From an uncultured delta proteobacterium (lineage in GTDB: Bacteria; Desulfobacterota; Desulfobacteria; Desulfobacterales; QNYZ01), in the NCBI GenBank assembly GCA_963845145.1, contig CAWJQU010000005.1, positions 800,001-864,000 on the forward strand: 64,000 bases of DNA, given 5' to 3'. The position numbers and the translations under genes were made by a program. Under the pieces are notes generated by a model. That model worked only from the letters and a program-made list of their open reading frames with translations. It did not search any database and was not told the DNA's origin. Shown piece after piece: positions 10,499 through 20,371 of the stretch. Each line of letters starts with the position of its first letter. The stretch's first letter is position 1.

Positions 10499-11963
10499 CT
10501 TTTACGCCTTCCTGCCGAACCAGTTCGTGAAGGGTTTTCCGGGCATATTTTGGCGCTGTCCGAATGCGGGTCCAATGTTTCAATGGCCCGACCTTTGGCA
10601 TCCGCGTTCCCATGATACCACCGGCACGTGCAACCAGTGCATTGGCCCTGGGCACGGTGTTCATCAATTTCCAGCCCTTCCATACGAACCGTTCGGTAAT
10701 GTGTTTTAGGCTTTTCGGCCCTTTTCTAAATAGAGTATCGCTTTTTTTAACATGGTCATTGCGCAGCCGTCTGAGCAATTTCGGAATTGGTATCTTTACC
10801 GGGCAAACCGCTTCACAAGCATTGCACAAGCTTGAAGCGGTGGCCAACACGCCGGCTTTTTCGAGCCCTTCCATTTGCGGAGTCAGAATTTTACCGATGG
10901 GCCCCGGATAGACAAAACCGTAAGCGTGTCCCCCCAGGCGGGTATATACCGGGCAATGGTTCAGGCAGGTGCCGCAACGGATGCACAACAACGTTTCACG
11001 AAGCTCGGGATCGGCCAGGATATTGGAGCGCCCATTATCCAGCAGGATCAAGTGAATCTCATGGGGCCCGTCCTTTTCTTCGGGCTTGCGCGGTCCGGAA
11101 ATCAGGTTCACATAGGTGGTGATGATCTGGCCGGTGGCAGACCCTGTCAACAGCCTTAAAAGCGGTGGCAAATCGGCCAGTTTTTCCACCACTTTTTCCA
11201 AACCCATCACGGCGATGTGCACGGGTGGCACCGTCGTGCACATACGACCGTTGCCCTCATTTTCCACCAGGCAGAGGGTTCCCGTTTCAGCCACGGCAAA
11301 GTTCACCCCGCTTAACCCCACTTGCGCCTCGAAAAATTTACGTCGCAACGTCCGTCGGGCGATGGCGGTTAGCGCTTCCACATCTTCGGTATAAGGTGAA
11401 CCCGGAATTTTTTCATGAAATGTCCGTGCAATCTGGTCTTTGTTCTTGTGAATCGCCGGTACGATAATGTGAGAAGGCGGCTCGTTATCCAACTGAATGA
11501 TAAATTCGCCAAGATCGCTTTCCAACGATTCGATTCCCTTTTCCTCTAAAAACTGGTTTAAGTGCATCTCTTCCGAGACCATGGATTTGCCCTTCACCAA
11601 ACGTGTGGCCTGGTGGGAACGCATAATATCCAAGACGGTCTGGTTCGCATCATCCGTTGTTTCAGCCCAATGCACGTGAATGCCGTTTTTAATCAGATTG
11701 CGTTCCAGTTTTTCCAGTAGATTCGGGAGTTGGTAGAGCGCCCGGCGTTTGATCGCCGCGCCCTCTTCCCTGAGTTTTTCGATGTCTTCCGGATCCGGAA
11801 ATACCGCCTTGCGCTTATCGATTAGGGTATCCATCGCTTTTTGCAGGTTTTGCCTGAGCTGCGAGTTAGAAAGCGCCCTGGATACATTACGCTTAAAATC
11901 AAAGGTGGCTTGATTTGCCGTTGCTTGATTAGCCGTATCTTGATTAGCCAAGGGCTGTGCCAT
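10491..11963 (-). CDS. lutB: Lactate utilisation iron-sulfur protein B (LutB/LldF)
   Basis: KGKSMVSEE, DLGEFIIQL...PSHIIVPAIH, ENEGNGR, CIRCGTCLNHCP, SLCNACEAVCP. Confidence 0.93.
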   Translation of the reverse strand: MAQPLANQDTANQATANQATFDFKRNVSRALSNSQLRQNLQKAMDTLIDKRKAVFPDPEDIEKLREEGAAIKRRALYQLPNLLEKLERNLIKNGIHVHWAETTDDANQTVLDIMRSHQATRLVKGKSMVSEEMHLNQFLEEKGIESLESDLGEFIIQLDNEPPSHIIVPAIHKNKDQIARTFHEKIPGSPYTEDVEALTAIARRTLRRKFFEAQVGLSGVNFAVAETGTLCLVENEGNGRMCTTVPPVHIAVMGLEKVVEKLADLPPLLRLLTGSATGQIITTYVNLISGPRKPEEKDGPHEIHLILLDNGRSNILADPELRETLLCIRCGTCLNHCPVYTRLGGHAYGFVYPGPIGKILTPQMEGLEKAGVLATASSLCNACEAVCPVKIPIPKLLRRLRNDHVKKSDTLFRKGPKSLKHITERFVWKGWKLMNTVPRANALVARAGGIMGTRMPKVGPLKHWTRIRTAPKYARKTLHELVRQEGVKDE

Positions 11964-12705
11964 TGATTCGCTCCCATAAAAATTGGGCCAGATGAATACC
12001 GGGGAGATTCAACCCGCGTTTATCCATGGCACCATTGATATTCATCAGACAGCCGCAATCCCCGCTGATAACCGCTTCGGCGCCGGTTTGGAGAATATCA
12101 TCGACCTTATCGGTCACCATGGCGGCGGAAATCTCCGGCTGTTTGACTGAAAAAGTTCCGCCAAAGCCACAACATTCGTTTTCCCGATTAAGCGACACAA
12201 TGGTGACGTTTTCAAGCTGTGCCAATAACGCTTTGGCATCTTCGACCACGTCCATTTCCCGCAGCGCGTGACAAGAAGAGTGCCAGGTAACCGTCATCGG
12301 TGGGCCCGTATCGTTCAGTTGAATATCAAGTTCCCGATGGAGAAATTCACCCATCTCAACGATTCTGTCGGAAAACGCTGCGATGGCCGGCGCTTCAGCC
12401 CTACCGGCAAACAACGCCGGGTAGTGGTATTTCATCATTCCGGCACATGATCCCGACGGAACGATAATCGGCAGCGGCTTGGGAAACAACCGGATCTGCT
12501 TTCGTGCCACCGCCCGAGATTCATCGGGAAAACCGGCGTTGTAGGCCGGTTGTCCACAACAGGATTGGGCCGGTGGAAAAATGACCTCTACACCGTACTT
12601 TCGGAGCAAGCGGATGGCGGCAATGCCGGCCTGGGGAAAAATCGTATCAATCAGGCAAGTGCCGAAAAAGTAAGCCGTTTGAGGGGTTGATAATTTGGCA
12701 GGCAT
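11944..12705 (-). CDS. lutA: Lactate utilisation protein A (two CCG domains; LutA/LldE)
   Basis: TCLID, QSCCGQP, SGSC, HSSCH, CCGFGGTFSVK, DCGCLMNI. Confidence 0.92.
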   Translation of the reverse strand: MPAKLSTPQTAYFFGTCLIDTIFPQAGIAAIRLLRKYGVEVIFPPAQSCCGQPAYNAGFPDESRAVARKQIRLFPKPLPIIVPSGSCAGMMKYHYPALFAGRAEAPAIAAFSDRIVEMGEFLHRELDIQLNDTGPPMTVTWHSSCHALREMDVVEDAKALLAQLENVTIVSLNRENECCGFGGTFSVKQPEISAAMVTDKVDDILQTGAEAVISGDCGCLMNINGAMDKRGLNLPGIHLAQFLWERINGTALG

Positions 12706-13009
12706 GGAACCCTCCGGGTATCAGATCAACGGAAGTGGATGACCGGATTAACTCAATAATGGCTTCTTCAATGAAAACCGGCTTCGCAAGTATACTTAAA
12801 TGTTTGAAATCGTCAAAGATATTTTTTTAAGCGGTTATATGCCTGTCACATCACATTGCTTGCTGATAACCCATTTGGGTCCCATCCATTCTCGTTTGAC
12901 ACCGCACACTCTCTGTTTTTTCCATTACCCGTTTCACTTTTCAATGTTCATTTGAAAACGAATGAAAAGCGATCATGATACTAACACCGTCAAACCGGCC
13001 ATAAATTAA

Positions 13010-13063
13010 TTGACTACGGCCTGTTTAAAGTGATATAATTCGGCATTATGTTCATATGAATAT
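13010..13063 (+). promoter_or_regulatory. Sigma70 promoter plus GlpR/DeoR-like operator
   Basis: TTGACT (13010-15), then TG-A-TATAAT (13031-39). Near-palindrome ATGTTCAT-ATGAATAT at 13048-63, with a related copy at 12944-59. Confidence 0.65.
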
Positions 13064-13077
13064 TTAATCCCCTTACG

Positions 13078-13869
13078 ATGGAGACCACCGGAATGTTGAT
13101 GGGGCTCAGCGAACGACAGTCTCAAATCGCAAGGATGGTCCATGAAAATGCGTTCTTAACGGTGGAACGCCTTGCCGCCCAATTCGAAGTGACCACCCAG
13201 ACCATTCGTCGCGACATCAACTATTTGTGTGATCGCGGCATTGCCCGACGACGCCATGGCGGTGTCGAACGTCCCGTTAGAACGGGAAACGATGCCTACG
13301 CCTGGCGACAAATTGTTAATGCCGATTCAAAACAGACCATCGCCTGCGAGGTGGCCCGCCATGTACCCAACGGCGTTTCCCTGGCATTTAGTATCGGTAC
13401 CACTCCAGAAATCGTGGCGGAGGCCCTACTGGCCCATGACCACCTGCGCATACTGACAAACAACCTCAATGTCGCCATGCTTGCCTGCACAAACCCCACA
13501 TTTGAAATCACGGTCGCCGGAGGTCGGTTGCGAAACGAAGACCGGGATACCCTGGGACCCGGCATGGAAACGCTGTTCACTGCCCACAAGGTGGATATCG
13601 GCATTTACGGTGTGGCCGGCGTGGATGAAGACGGCACGCTTCTCGATTTTTATGAAGAAGAAGTTCGGGCGCGGCAAATCATCCGTGAAAACAGCCGTGA
13701 ATCCTATCTCGTCCTTGACAGTACCAAATTTGGCCGCGCCGCCCATGTCCGCGGGGGGCAGATCGGCGAAGCCACCAAAATTTTTTGCGAACGCAAACCA
13801 CCTGAAGAAATTATTACCCGGCTGGCGCTATCCGGGGCCGAACTGATTATCTGCGGAAGGACCATTTAG
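13078..13869 (+). CDS. DeoR/GlpR-family transcriptional regulator
   Basis: LAAQFEVTTQTIRRDI HTH, IGTT, TNNLN, DSTKFGR sugar-phosphate-binding domain. Confidence 0.9.
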   Translation: METTGMLMGLSERQSQIARMVHENAFLTVERLAAQFEVTTQTIRRDINYLCDRGIARRRHGGVERPVRTGNDAYAWRQIVNADSKQTIACEVARHVPNGVSLAFSIGTTPEIVAEALLAHDHLRILTNNLNVAMLACTNPTFEITVAGGRLRNEDRDTLGPGMETLFTAHKVDIGIYGVAGVDEDGTLLDFYEEEVRARQIIRENSRESYLVLDSTKFGRAAHVRGGQIGEATKIFCERKPPEEIITRLALSGAELIICGRTI

Positions 13870-13870
13870 T

Positions 13871-14900
13871 ATGAGTACCATCGAAGTCCACCACCTGATC
13901 AAAACCTGGGGAGATGTGCAAGCTGTTGCCGATGTGTCATTTACGGTTCCCCAAGGCAGCCTGACGGTTTTATTGGGCCCATCGGGGTGCGGGAAATCGA
14001 CAATCCTTCGTCTAATTGCCGGTCTTGAGGAAGTATCGTCAGGGCAAATCTCAATCGCCGGGCAAGATATCACCTTTAAAGAGGCAAACAAGCGCGGCGT
14101 TTCCATGGTTTTTCAATCTTACGCGCTCTTTCCGCATTTAAATGTACGCGAGAATATCCTCTTTGGCCTAAAGGTACGTCGCGTACCCCCGGAGACGCAA
14201 CGAAGACGGTTGGCCAACGTCGCTGAATTGGTGGGATTGGACAACCTGCTTGACCGAAAACCGGCTAAGCTGTCCGGTGGCCAGCGCCAGAGGGTGGCTT
14301 TGGCCCGGGCCATTGTTTCGGAACAACCAGTATGCCTCATGGACGAGCCCTTATCCAATCTGGACGCCAAACTCCGCGCCGAGATGCGTACCGAAATTCG
14401 CAGCCTTGCAACAGAGATTAAAGCTGACCATGGTTTACGTGACCCACGACCAGACCGAAGCCATGACCATGGCCGACCAGGTGGTATTGTTGAAAAGCGG
14501 TCGAATAGATCAAACCGGCCCGCCCCACGAGCTTTACGAGTATCCTGCAACCACCTTCGCAGCCCGTTTCATCGGTTCGCCGCCGATGAATCTCATCGAC
14601 ATCAATCTGTTGGAGGAGATTCCCACTTTCAACAAGAAATCCGCTAACACCAATAAAACCCAAGGTGGATACATTGGGGTCAGACCCGAGCATATCGCGT
14701 TAAGCCAAAATGGTCTGCCGGTTGAGGTCGATACGGTTGACTACCTGGGTTCGGAAACGGTGATGCGTCTTTACCATGGTGAGCAGCCCTTTTTTATAAA
14801 ATTAAATGGTAAAACCCGATTTAAAAAAGGCGACCGGTTGAACATCGGCTGGCCGGAAGAAGCAGTGCTCACATTCAATGCTAAGGGATTTAGAGAGTAA
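13871..14900 (+). pseudogene. UgpC/MalK-like ABC ATP-binding protein, frameshifted (+1) near 14404; real lesion or sequencing error
   Basis: GPSGCGKS, LSGGQRQR and DEPLSNLD lie in one frame; LQQRLKLTMVYVTHDQ and the TOBE region continue in another after an extra C in CGCAGCCTTGCAACAG. Confidence 0.85.
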
Positions 14901-14979
14901 TAGGGCGATTCGCCCTGACACCGGTTGAATTGAACATGACCGGATAATCAATCAAAATCCGAGGAGAGGGAGGAGAAAC

Positions 14980-16261
14980 ATGTTAAACCGAACAAACACG
15001 AGATGGTTGGTGGTGATAGCGGCCATCATTTGCCTGATGATGGGTACGACGGCAATGGCCAAAACGGAATTAACCATGTACTACCCGGTGGCCGTTGGTG
15101 GGCCCCTCACAAACATCGTCGACGGCATGATCGCCGACTTCATGCAACAAAACACGGACATTAAAGTAAACGCCATTTATGCCGGAAATTACAACGATGC
15201 CCGTATCAAAGCCCTGGCCGCTTTAAAATCGGGCAAACCGGCCCAGCTATCGGTGATGTTTTCCATCGACATTTACGAGCTGATCGAACAGGATGCTATC
15301 GTCGCATTTGATGATGTCGCTGAAACCGATGAAGAGAAGGCGTGGCTCAATTCATTTTACCCCACCCTGATGGAAAACGGCCGCACCGCTCGGTAAAACC
15401 TGGGGAATTCCGTTCCAACGCTCCACCATCGTCATGTACTATAACAAGGATGCCTTTAAGGCTGCCGGTCTGGACCCTGAAAAGCCACCGGCAACCTGGG
15501 ATGAATTGGCCGCCGCTGGGAAGAAATTAACCAAAGCAGACGGTTCCCAATGGGGGGCCATGATCCCTTCCACCGGTTATCCCTATTGGATGTTTGGGGC
15601 GCTGACTATGCAAAATGGGCAGGTGCTCATGAATGAGGCCGGCAACAAAACCTATTTTGATAGCCCGGCTGTCATCGAGGCATTGCAGTTTTGGCAGGAT
15701 CTCGGAACAAAACACAAAATCATGCCCGAGGGCACCATTGAATGGGGAACCCTCCGCAAGAATTTTCTGGAAGGTAAAACCGCCATCATGTGGCATTCAA
15801 CCGGCAATCTGACCAAAGTAAAGAAAGAGGCGACCTTCGATTTCGGCGTCGCCATGCTGCCGGCCAGCAAGCGTCGGGGGACGCCTACCGGTGGGGGTAA
15901 CTTCTACATCTTTAAGAAAACGACCCCCGAAGAACGCAAGGCCGCCATGACGCTGATTAAATTCATGACCAGCCCCGAACGTTCCGCGGAATGGTCCATG
16001 AAAACAGGCTACATGGGTATCAGCCAGGCCGCCTATGACACGGAAAAACTCAAAGCGTATGTCAAAGATTTTCCGTATGCCGCGGTTGCCCGGGATCAGC
16101 TTGAATTTGCCACCGCCGAGCTGTCTACCTACCAGACCGGTCGAGTGCGCAAAGCCCTGGATGATGCCATCCAGGCCGCACTGACGGGTGCCAAAACACC
16201 CGAAGCCGCGCTCAATGATGCCCAGGCCGAGGCCGTAAGGTTATTGAAACAATACCAATAG
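14980..16261 (+). pseudogene. UgpB-like ABC substrate-binding protein, frameshifted (+1) near 15390
   Basis: Signal peptide plus YYPVAVGGP; after ENGRT the product continues as GKTWGIPFQRSTIVMYYNKD in the next frame. Confidence 0.85.
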
Positions 16262-16406
16262 AGCCCCTGATGCAAGCCGGGCGGGGAGTCATGCTCCTCG
16301 CCTGGTATCAGTTGTTTGTACCGGAAATCGCGGAATTTATTCACGGGCATGAGATTGTCCCCGATTATTGAATTGATACACGCATCGTCGCCCTAGGATC
16401 GAAGAG

Positions 16407-17285
16407 ATGTCGAATAACCAAATGAAGCACATCTACGGCTGGCTTCTACTGACGCCGGCAGCCATCCTTTTGATCGCGTTTACCCACTATCCTACCGTCG
16501 TAACCGTTTTCGACAGTCTTTTTTCCAAAGGGACGGCGATTCGGCCGTCGCGCTTCGTGGGCTTGGCCAACTACGAGATGTTGATCGAAGATCCCATATT
16601 TTGGAAAGTCCTGGTCAATAACGCCTGGTTCGCCCTTGGGACCATTCCCACATCCATTATCCTGGCCATCCTCATGGCCCTTTTTGTCAACCGTGCGATC
16701 CCCGGACGCGCGTTTGTACGCATGGCCTATTTTACGCCGACCATCCTGCCCATGATTGCCGTTGCCAATATCTGGCTATTCTTTTACACGCCAGACATCG
16801 GTCTGATCGATCAGATAGGTAGCTGGTTCGGATTTGGCGGCCACAACTGGCTGGGGGATCCGGCAACGGTCCTGCCGGCCATTATGATCATGACGATCTG
16901 GAAGGAGGCCGGGTTTTTCATGATCTTCTACCTGGCTGCCTTGCAAAACGTGTCTCCGGAGTTAGAAGAAGCGGCACGCCTGGAGGGATCCACACGCTGG
17001 CACTATTTTCGCCGGGTCCTGTTTCCACTCCTCATGCCCACCACCCTTTTTGTGTTGATCAATGCCGTGTTAAACTCTTTCAAACTGGTCGACCACCTCT
17101 TTGTACTAACCAAGGGGGGCCCCAATAACGCCAGCAACCTGCTGCTATACTATATCTTTGAAAGTGCCTTTTCCTACTTCGATACGAATTACGCGGCAAC
17201 CCTTACGGTCATCCTGCTGGGCCTTTTAGGCATAATGGCCCTGATGCAATTCTACGTTCTTGACAAACGGGTCCACTATCGATGA
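16407..17285 (+). CDS. Carbohydrate / glycerol-3-phosphate ABC permease (UgpA-like)
   Basis: Multiple TM segments, EAA loop ELEEAARLEGS, TKGGPNNAS. Confidence 0.9.
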   Translation: MSNNQMKHIYGWLLLTPAAILLIAFTHYPTVVTVFDSLFSKGTAIRPSRFVGLANYEMLIEDPIFWKVLVNNAWFALGTIPTSIILAILMALFVNRAIPGRAFVRMAYFTPTILPMIAVANIWLFFYTPDIGLIDQIGSWFGFGGHNWLGDPATVLPAIMIMTIWKEAGFFMIFYLAALQNVSPELEEAARLEGSTRWHYFRRVLFPLLMPTTLFVLINAVLNSFKLVDHLFVLTKGGPNNASNLLLYYIFESAFSYFDTNYAATLTVILLGLLGIMALMQFYVLDKRVHYR

Positions 17286-18112
17286 AACCTTCCCGATCTT
17301 ACCGCTTTCATATTCAATCCGTGCTTGAGACCGGTGCCGCCTGGCTGCTGGCCGTTGTGTGGATTGCGCCGCTGGCCTATGCTTTTTGGGCTGCTTTTCA
17401 TCCCAGCGAATATGCGATCCACTTTGACCTGTTCGCACCCCTCACGCTGGACCATTTCCGTGAAGCCCTATCCCAGGCGCCTTTTGTCCGCTATGCCTTC
17501 AATACCTTCATTTTGGTGACAACGATATTAACGGCCCAGTTGATCCTTTGCACCCTTGCAGCCTATGCCTTTGCCCGCTATACGTTTTACGGAAGCGACA
17601 TCGCCTTTGCGCTGGTTCTGGTCCAATTGATGATCACACCGGAAATTCTAATTGTAGAAAATTACGGCACCCTGGCCAACTTTAACCTCATCGACACCAT
17701 TTTGGGCATCGGCCTGCCCTATATGGCAAGTGCATTCGGCATTTTTCTTTTACGCCAGGCGTTCAAATCAACGCCCAAAGAACTCGAAGACGCCGCCAGG
17801 CTTGAAGGGTGCGGCATGTTCGGTGTGCTGTGGCGGGTCTACATCCCCTTGGCCCGCCCGACATATCTGGCCTATGGGCTGGTATCCATCAGCCACCACT
17901 GGAACAATTTCTTGTGGCCCCTGGTAGTGACCAACTCCGTGGAGACACGCCCTTTAACGGTGGGTCTCGGGATCTTCGGCGCCCCCGAATCGGGTATCGA
18001 CTGGTCCATCATCTCCGCCGCTACGCTGATGTCCGTCGCACCGCTACTTATTGCATTTCTATTGTTCCAGCGCCAATTTGTCCAATCGTTTATGCATGCC
18101 GGGATTAAATAA
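17282..18112 (+). CDS. Carbohydrate / glycerol-3-phosphate ABC permease (UgpE-like)
   Basis: ELEDAARLEGC EAA loop, WNNFLWPL; 4-bp overlap with the upstream permease. Confidence 0.9.
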   Translation: MKPSRSYRFHIQSVLETGAAWLLAVVWIAPLAYAFWAAFHPSEYAIHFDLFAPLTLDHFREALSQAPFVRYAFNTFILVTTILTAQLILCTLAAYAFARYTFYGSDIAFALVLVQLMITPEILIVENYGTLANFNLIDTILGIGLPYMASAFGIFLLRQAFKSTPKELEDAARLEGCGMFGVLWRVYIPLARPTYLAYGLVSISHHWNNFLWPLVVTNSVETRPLTVGLGIFGAPESGIDWSIISAATLMSVAPLLIAFLLFQRQFVQSFMHAGIK

Positions 18113-18235
18113 TTTCTGCCGCTTGGAAAATATGGGGAACAGGTGGACGAAAATGGGCGCCTTATCAGCGAAGATGGAAAGTAGAGCGTTTTTTCAATCC
18201 AAAGCTATATTTTAAATGAGCCTTATCTATGGGCA

Positions 18236-19357
18236 TTAAAAGTCGTTAAAATAGGTGATAGGGTCAACAATATTGATGTGATTATGGGTATATGGATATT
18301 TGAGCTTTGCCACAATTTGAGTGGCTTTAGGTGGATTTAATTTTTTCGCGTAATATTTCAAATGATTTGAGACGGTATCGTCAGCGAACTTCACCTCAAT
18401 CAGCTCTTCAATCCGCCCCTCTTTTAAGATAACAAAATCGATCTCACGCCCCTCCTTATCCCGAATATATCTCAACTCAAAACGATATCCGTCCCGATCT
18501 TCCAAAAAATGAAGCTTTTTTAGCAGATGAGATGCCACCAAGTTTTCAAAAATGGCCCCCTCATCGCCGATGATATCGCCATTATCAAAAAAAAACACTT
18601 TTGGTGGCTTTTTCACCGCTCGGGGTAAATTTCGGGTATATGGTCGGACGGCAAATAACAGATACATCCGTTCCAATATATCAAGCCAACTTGATACGGT
18701 TTTGGGAGACACACCAATATCATTAGCGATATTGGATGCCACCACCAAATTTCCCACCCGGTGCCGCAGTTGATCCAATAAAAGGCTGAGTCGTGAAATT
18801 TCACGGACCGATTCAAGATCCCGGACATCCTCACGCAAAACCCGGTCAAATCGTTCCCGGCGCCACCTTCGGGCCTCTCGTTCGTCACCATCCAAAAACG
18901 GTTCCGGAAAACCACCCACCGTCATCAATCGTTTAAAGGCCTCTTGGGCGGACATTTCCTTAGGGTATTCATCCAGCCCAAAAGGGTGCAGCCGCCAATA
19001 GTGATACCTGCCCAGCAGTGAATCGCCACCCCTGCGGTAGACATCCAACCGCGCCGATCCGGTTACAAGAAAGCGCGTATCGGTTTCGCTGGTATCGTAC
19101 ACCCCCTTAATCCAGTTTTTCCAGTCGGGGTATTTGTGTATTTCATCAAAAATAATCAGGCTGGCGTCTTCGGTCCATTTCTTGCCCAATATACTTTGCC
19201 GGTCTTCATCAAGATCCCAGTTAAAATATCTACCGGATGGACCATTTAGGCTTAGCAGTGATTTAGCCAGCGTTGTTTTTCCAACCTGCCTTGGGCCACC
19301 GATAAAAACCATTTTACGCGTCAGGTCTCTGCGTATCTGTTCATCAATATATCTCAT
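18236..19357 (-). CDS. AAA_14 ATPase with C-terminal DUF4143 (PD-(D/E)xK-like) domain
   Basis: GPRQVGKTT Walker A, IIFDEIH Walker B, TGSA, KPPKVFFFDNG, EIDFV...IEVK. Probably leaderless: TAAAAT ends 6 nt before the ATG. Confidence 0.9.
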   Translation of the reverse strand: MRYIDEQIRRDLTRKMVFIGGPRQVGKTTLAKSLLSLNGPSGRYFNWDLDEDRQSILGKKWTEDASLIIFDEIHKYPDWKNWIKGVYDTSETDTRFLVTGSARLDVYRRGGDSLLGRYHYWRLHPFGLDEYPKEMSAQEAFKRLMTVGGFPEPFLDGDEREARRWRRERFDRVLREDVRDLESVREISRLSLLLDQLRHRVGNLVVASNIANDIGVSPKTVSSWLDILERMYLLFAVRPYTRNLPRAVKKPPKVFFFDNGDIIGDEGAIFENLVASHLLKKLHFLEDRDGYRFELRYIRDKEGREIDFVILKEGRIEELIEVKFADDTVSNHLKYYAKKLNPPKATQIVAKLKYPYTHNHINIVDPITYFNDF

Positions 19358-19414
19358 GCGGCTATTTTACACTCTATTCCAATTTAGTCAAGGCCATTTT
19401 GGATTAGAGGTTAA

Positions 19415-19573
19415 AACGGCCAGGCGGGTATTAGTCCCGAAATGGCGTTGAGGCTGTCAAAGGTTTTCGGTCGTTCGCCCGAAGGATGGCTAAAACTCCA
19501 AATACAGTACGATCTTTGGGTGAAAAGTCAAAGTGTTGATCTGGAGGGTTTGAAGCGCTATAAAGCCGCGTAG
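19415..19573 (+). pseudogene. higA: C-terminal remnant of a HigA-family antitoxin
   Basis: Manual translation NGQAGISPEMALRLSKVFGRSPEGWLKLQIQYDLWVKSQSVDLEGLKRYKAA*. It is preceded by an in-frame TAA; the N-terminal HTH part and any higB are absent. Confidence 0.8.
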
Positions 19574-19624
19574 CAATTTTTATAGCAGAGATCGGGATAA
19601 TGTTAAGTAAATAGACAATTATAG

Positions 19625-20281
19625 ATGGTAACTCAATCAACACCAACCTGTCCCAAGTGTGGGTACCAAGCGACATCATCCGACGATCCTTTGGTAAAAG
19701 GGCCGATGGAGCGGCGTGAATGCCCGGCTTGTGGTATCTATTTAGCTAAATATCTCAAACTGAAACAGAGCCGTGCGGTCCATCCAGACAATGTGTGGGA
19801 CCCCGGTCAGGTTTCCCACGCGTTACCGTCCACTGCTTCAAGCGCTAAAATCAGGGTCGGCAAGGCGATGGGAATGCTTGCCGCCGTTTTACTGTTGATC
19901 TATGGCGGCATTCAATGGAACAAATGGTCGCTTAGTCAGCTTGGGGATGCCACGGGTTTTAAACCTGTGCCATGGATCGTTGGGGCTAGTAGCGGTGAGG
20001 TGCTGATCATCGGCCCCACTTGAAATCGCGCCCCAGGTCAAAAAACTTGGCAGTTGGTCGAGAGCGTCACAATGAAGGGTATTCCCAGTCGGGCCACATC
20101 TTCATGGCAATTGGATATTCAAAAATTAAAATCCGATCCTGATGAACGAGATAAAATAAACGGCTGGAAACACGTTTCCGCCGGTGGTTCCCCGATCGTG
20201 TTTATAAATGGCCGGGCCAAAGCTCAGCCAACTGTGGAAGAAATCGTCACCGCCTATCAGCACACCGCCAAGCACCAATAG
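19625..20281 (+). CDS. Zn-ribbon + TM + thioredoxin/glutaredoxin-like protein with in-frame TGA at 20021-20023 (putative selenoprotein, 218 aa)
   Basis: ORFs 19625-20023 and 20054-20281 are in the same frame, separated only by TGA and 10 sense codons. Joined: CPKC/CPAC knuckles, TM helix, VLIIGPT-U-NRAPG...GGSPIVFINGRAKAQPTVEEI. Confidence 0.65.
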
Positions 20282-20371
20282 CGGTTTTGAAATAGATACC
20301 CATAGCGCCTGTGCCTGCAGTTGAATGATATGGTGTGCAGCCCGAAAGAAGCCGACGCTTTCAAAGAACTT

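Noticed and set aside
14390..14420. Programmed ribosomal frameshifting in the ugpC-like gene
   Set aside because: No slippery heptamer or stimulatory structure, and no precedent I know of for this family.
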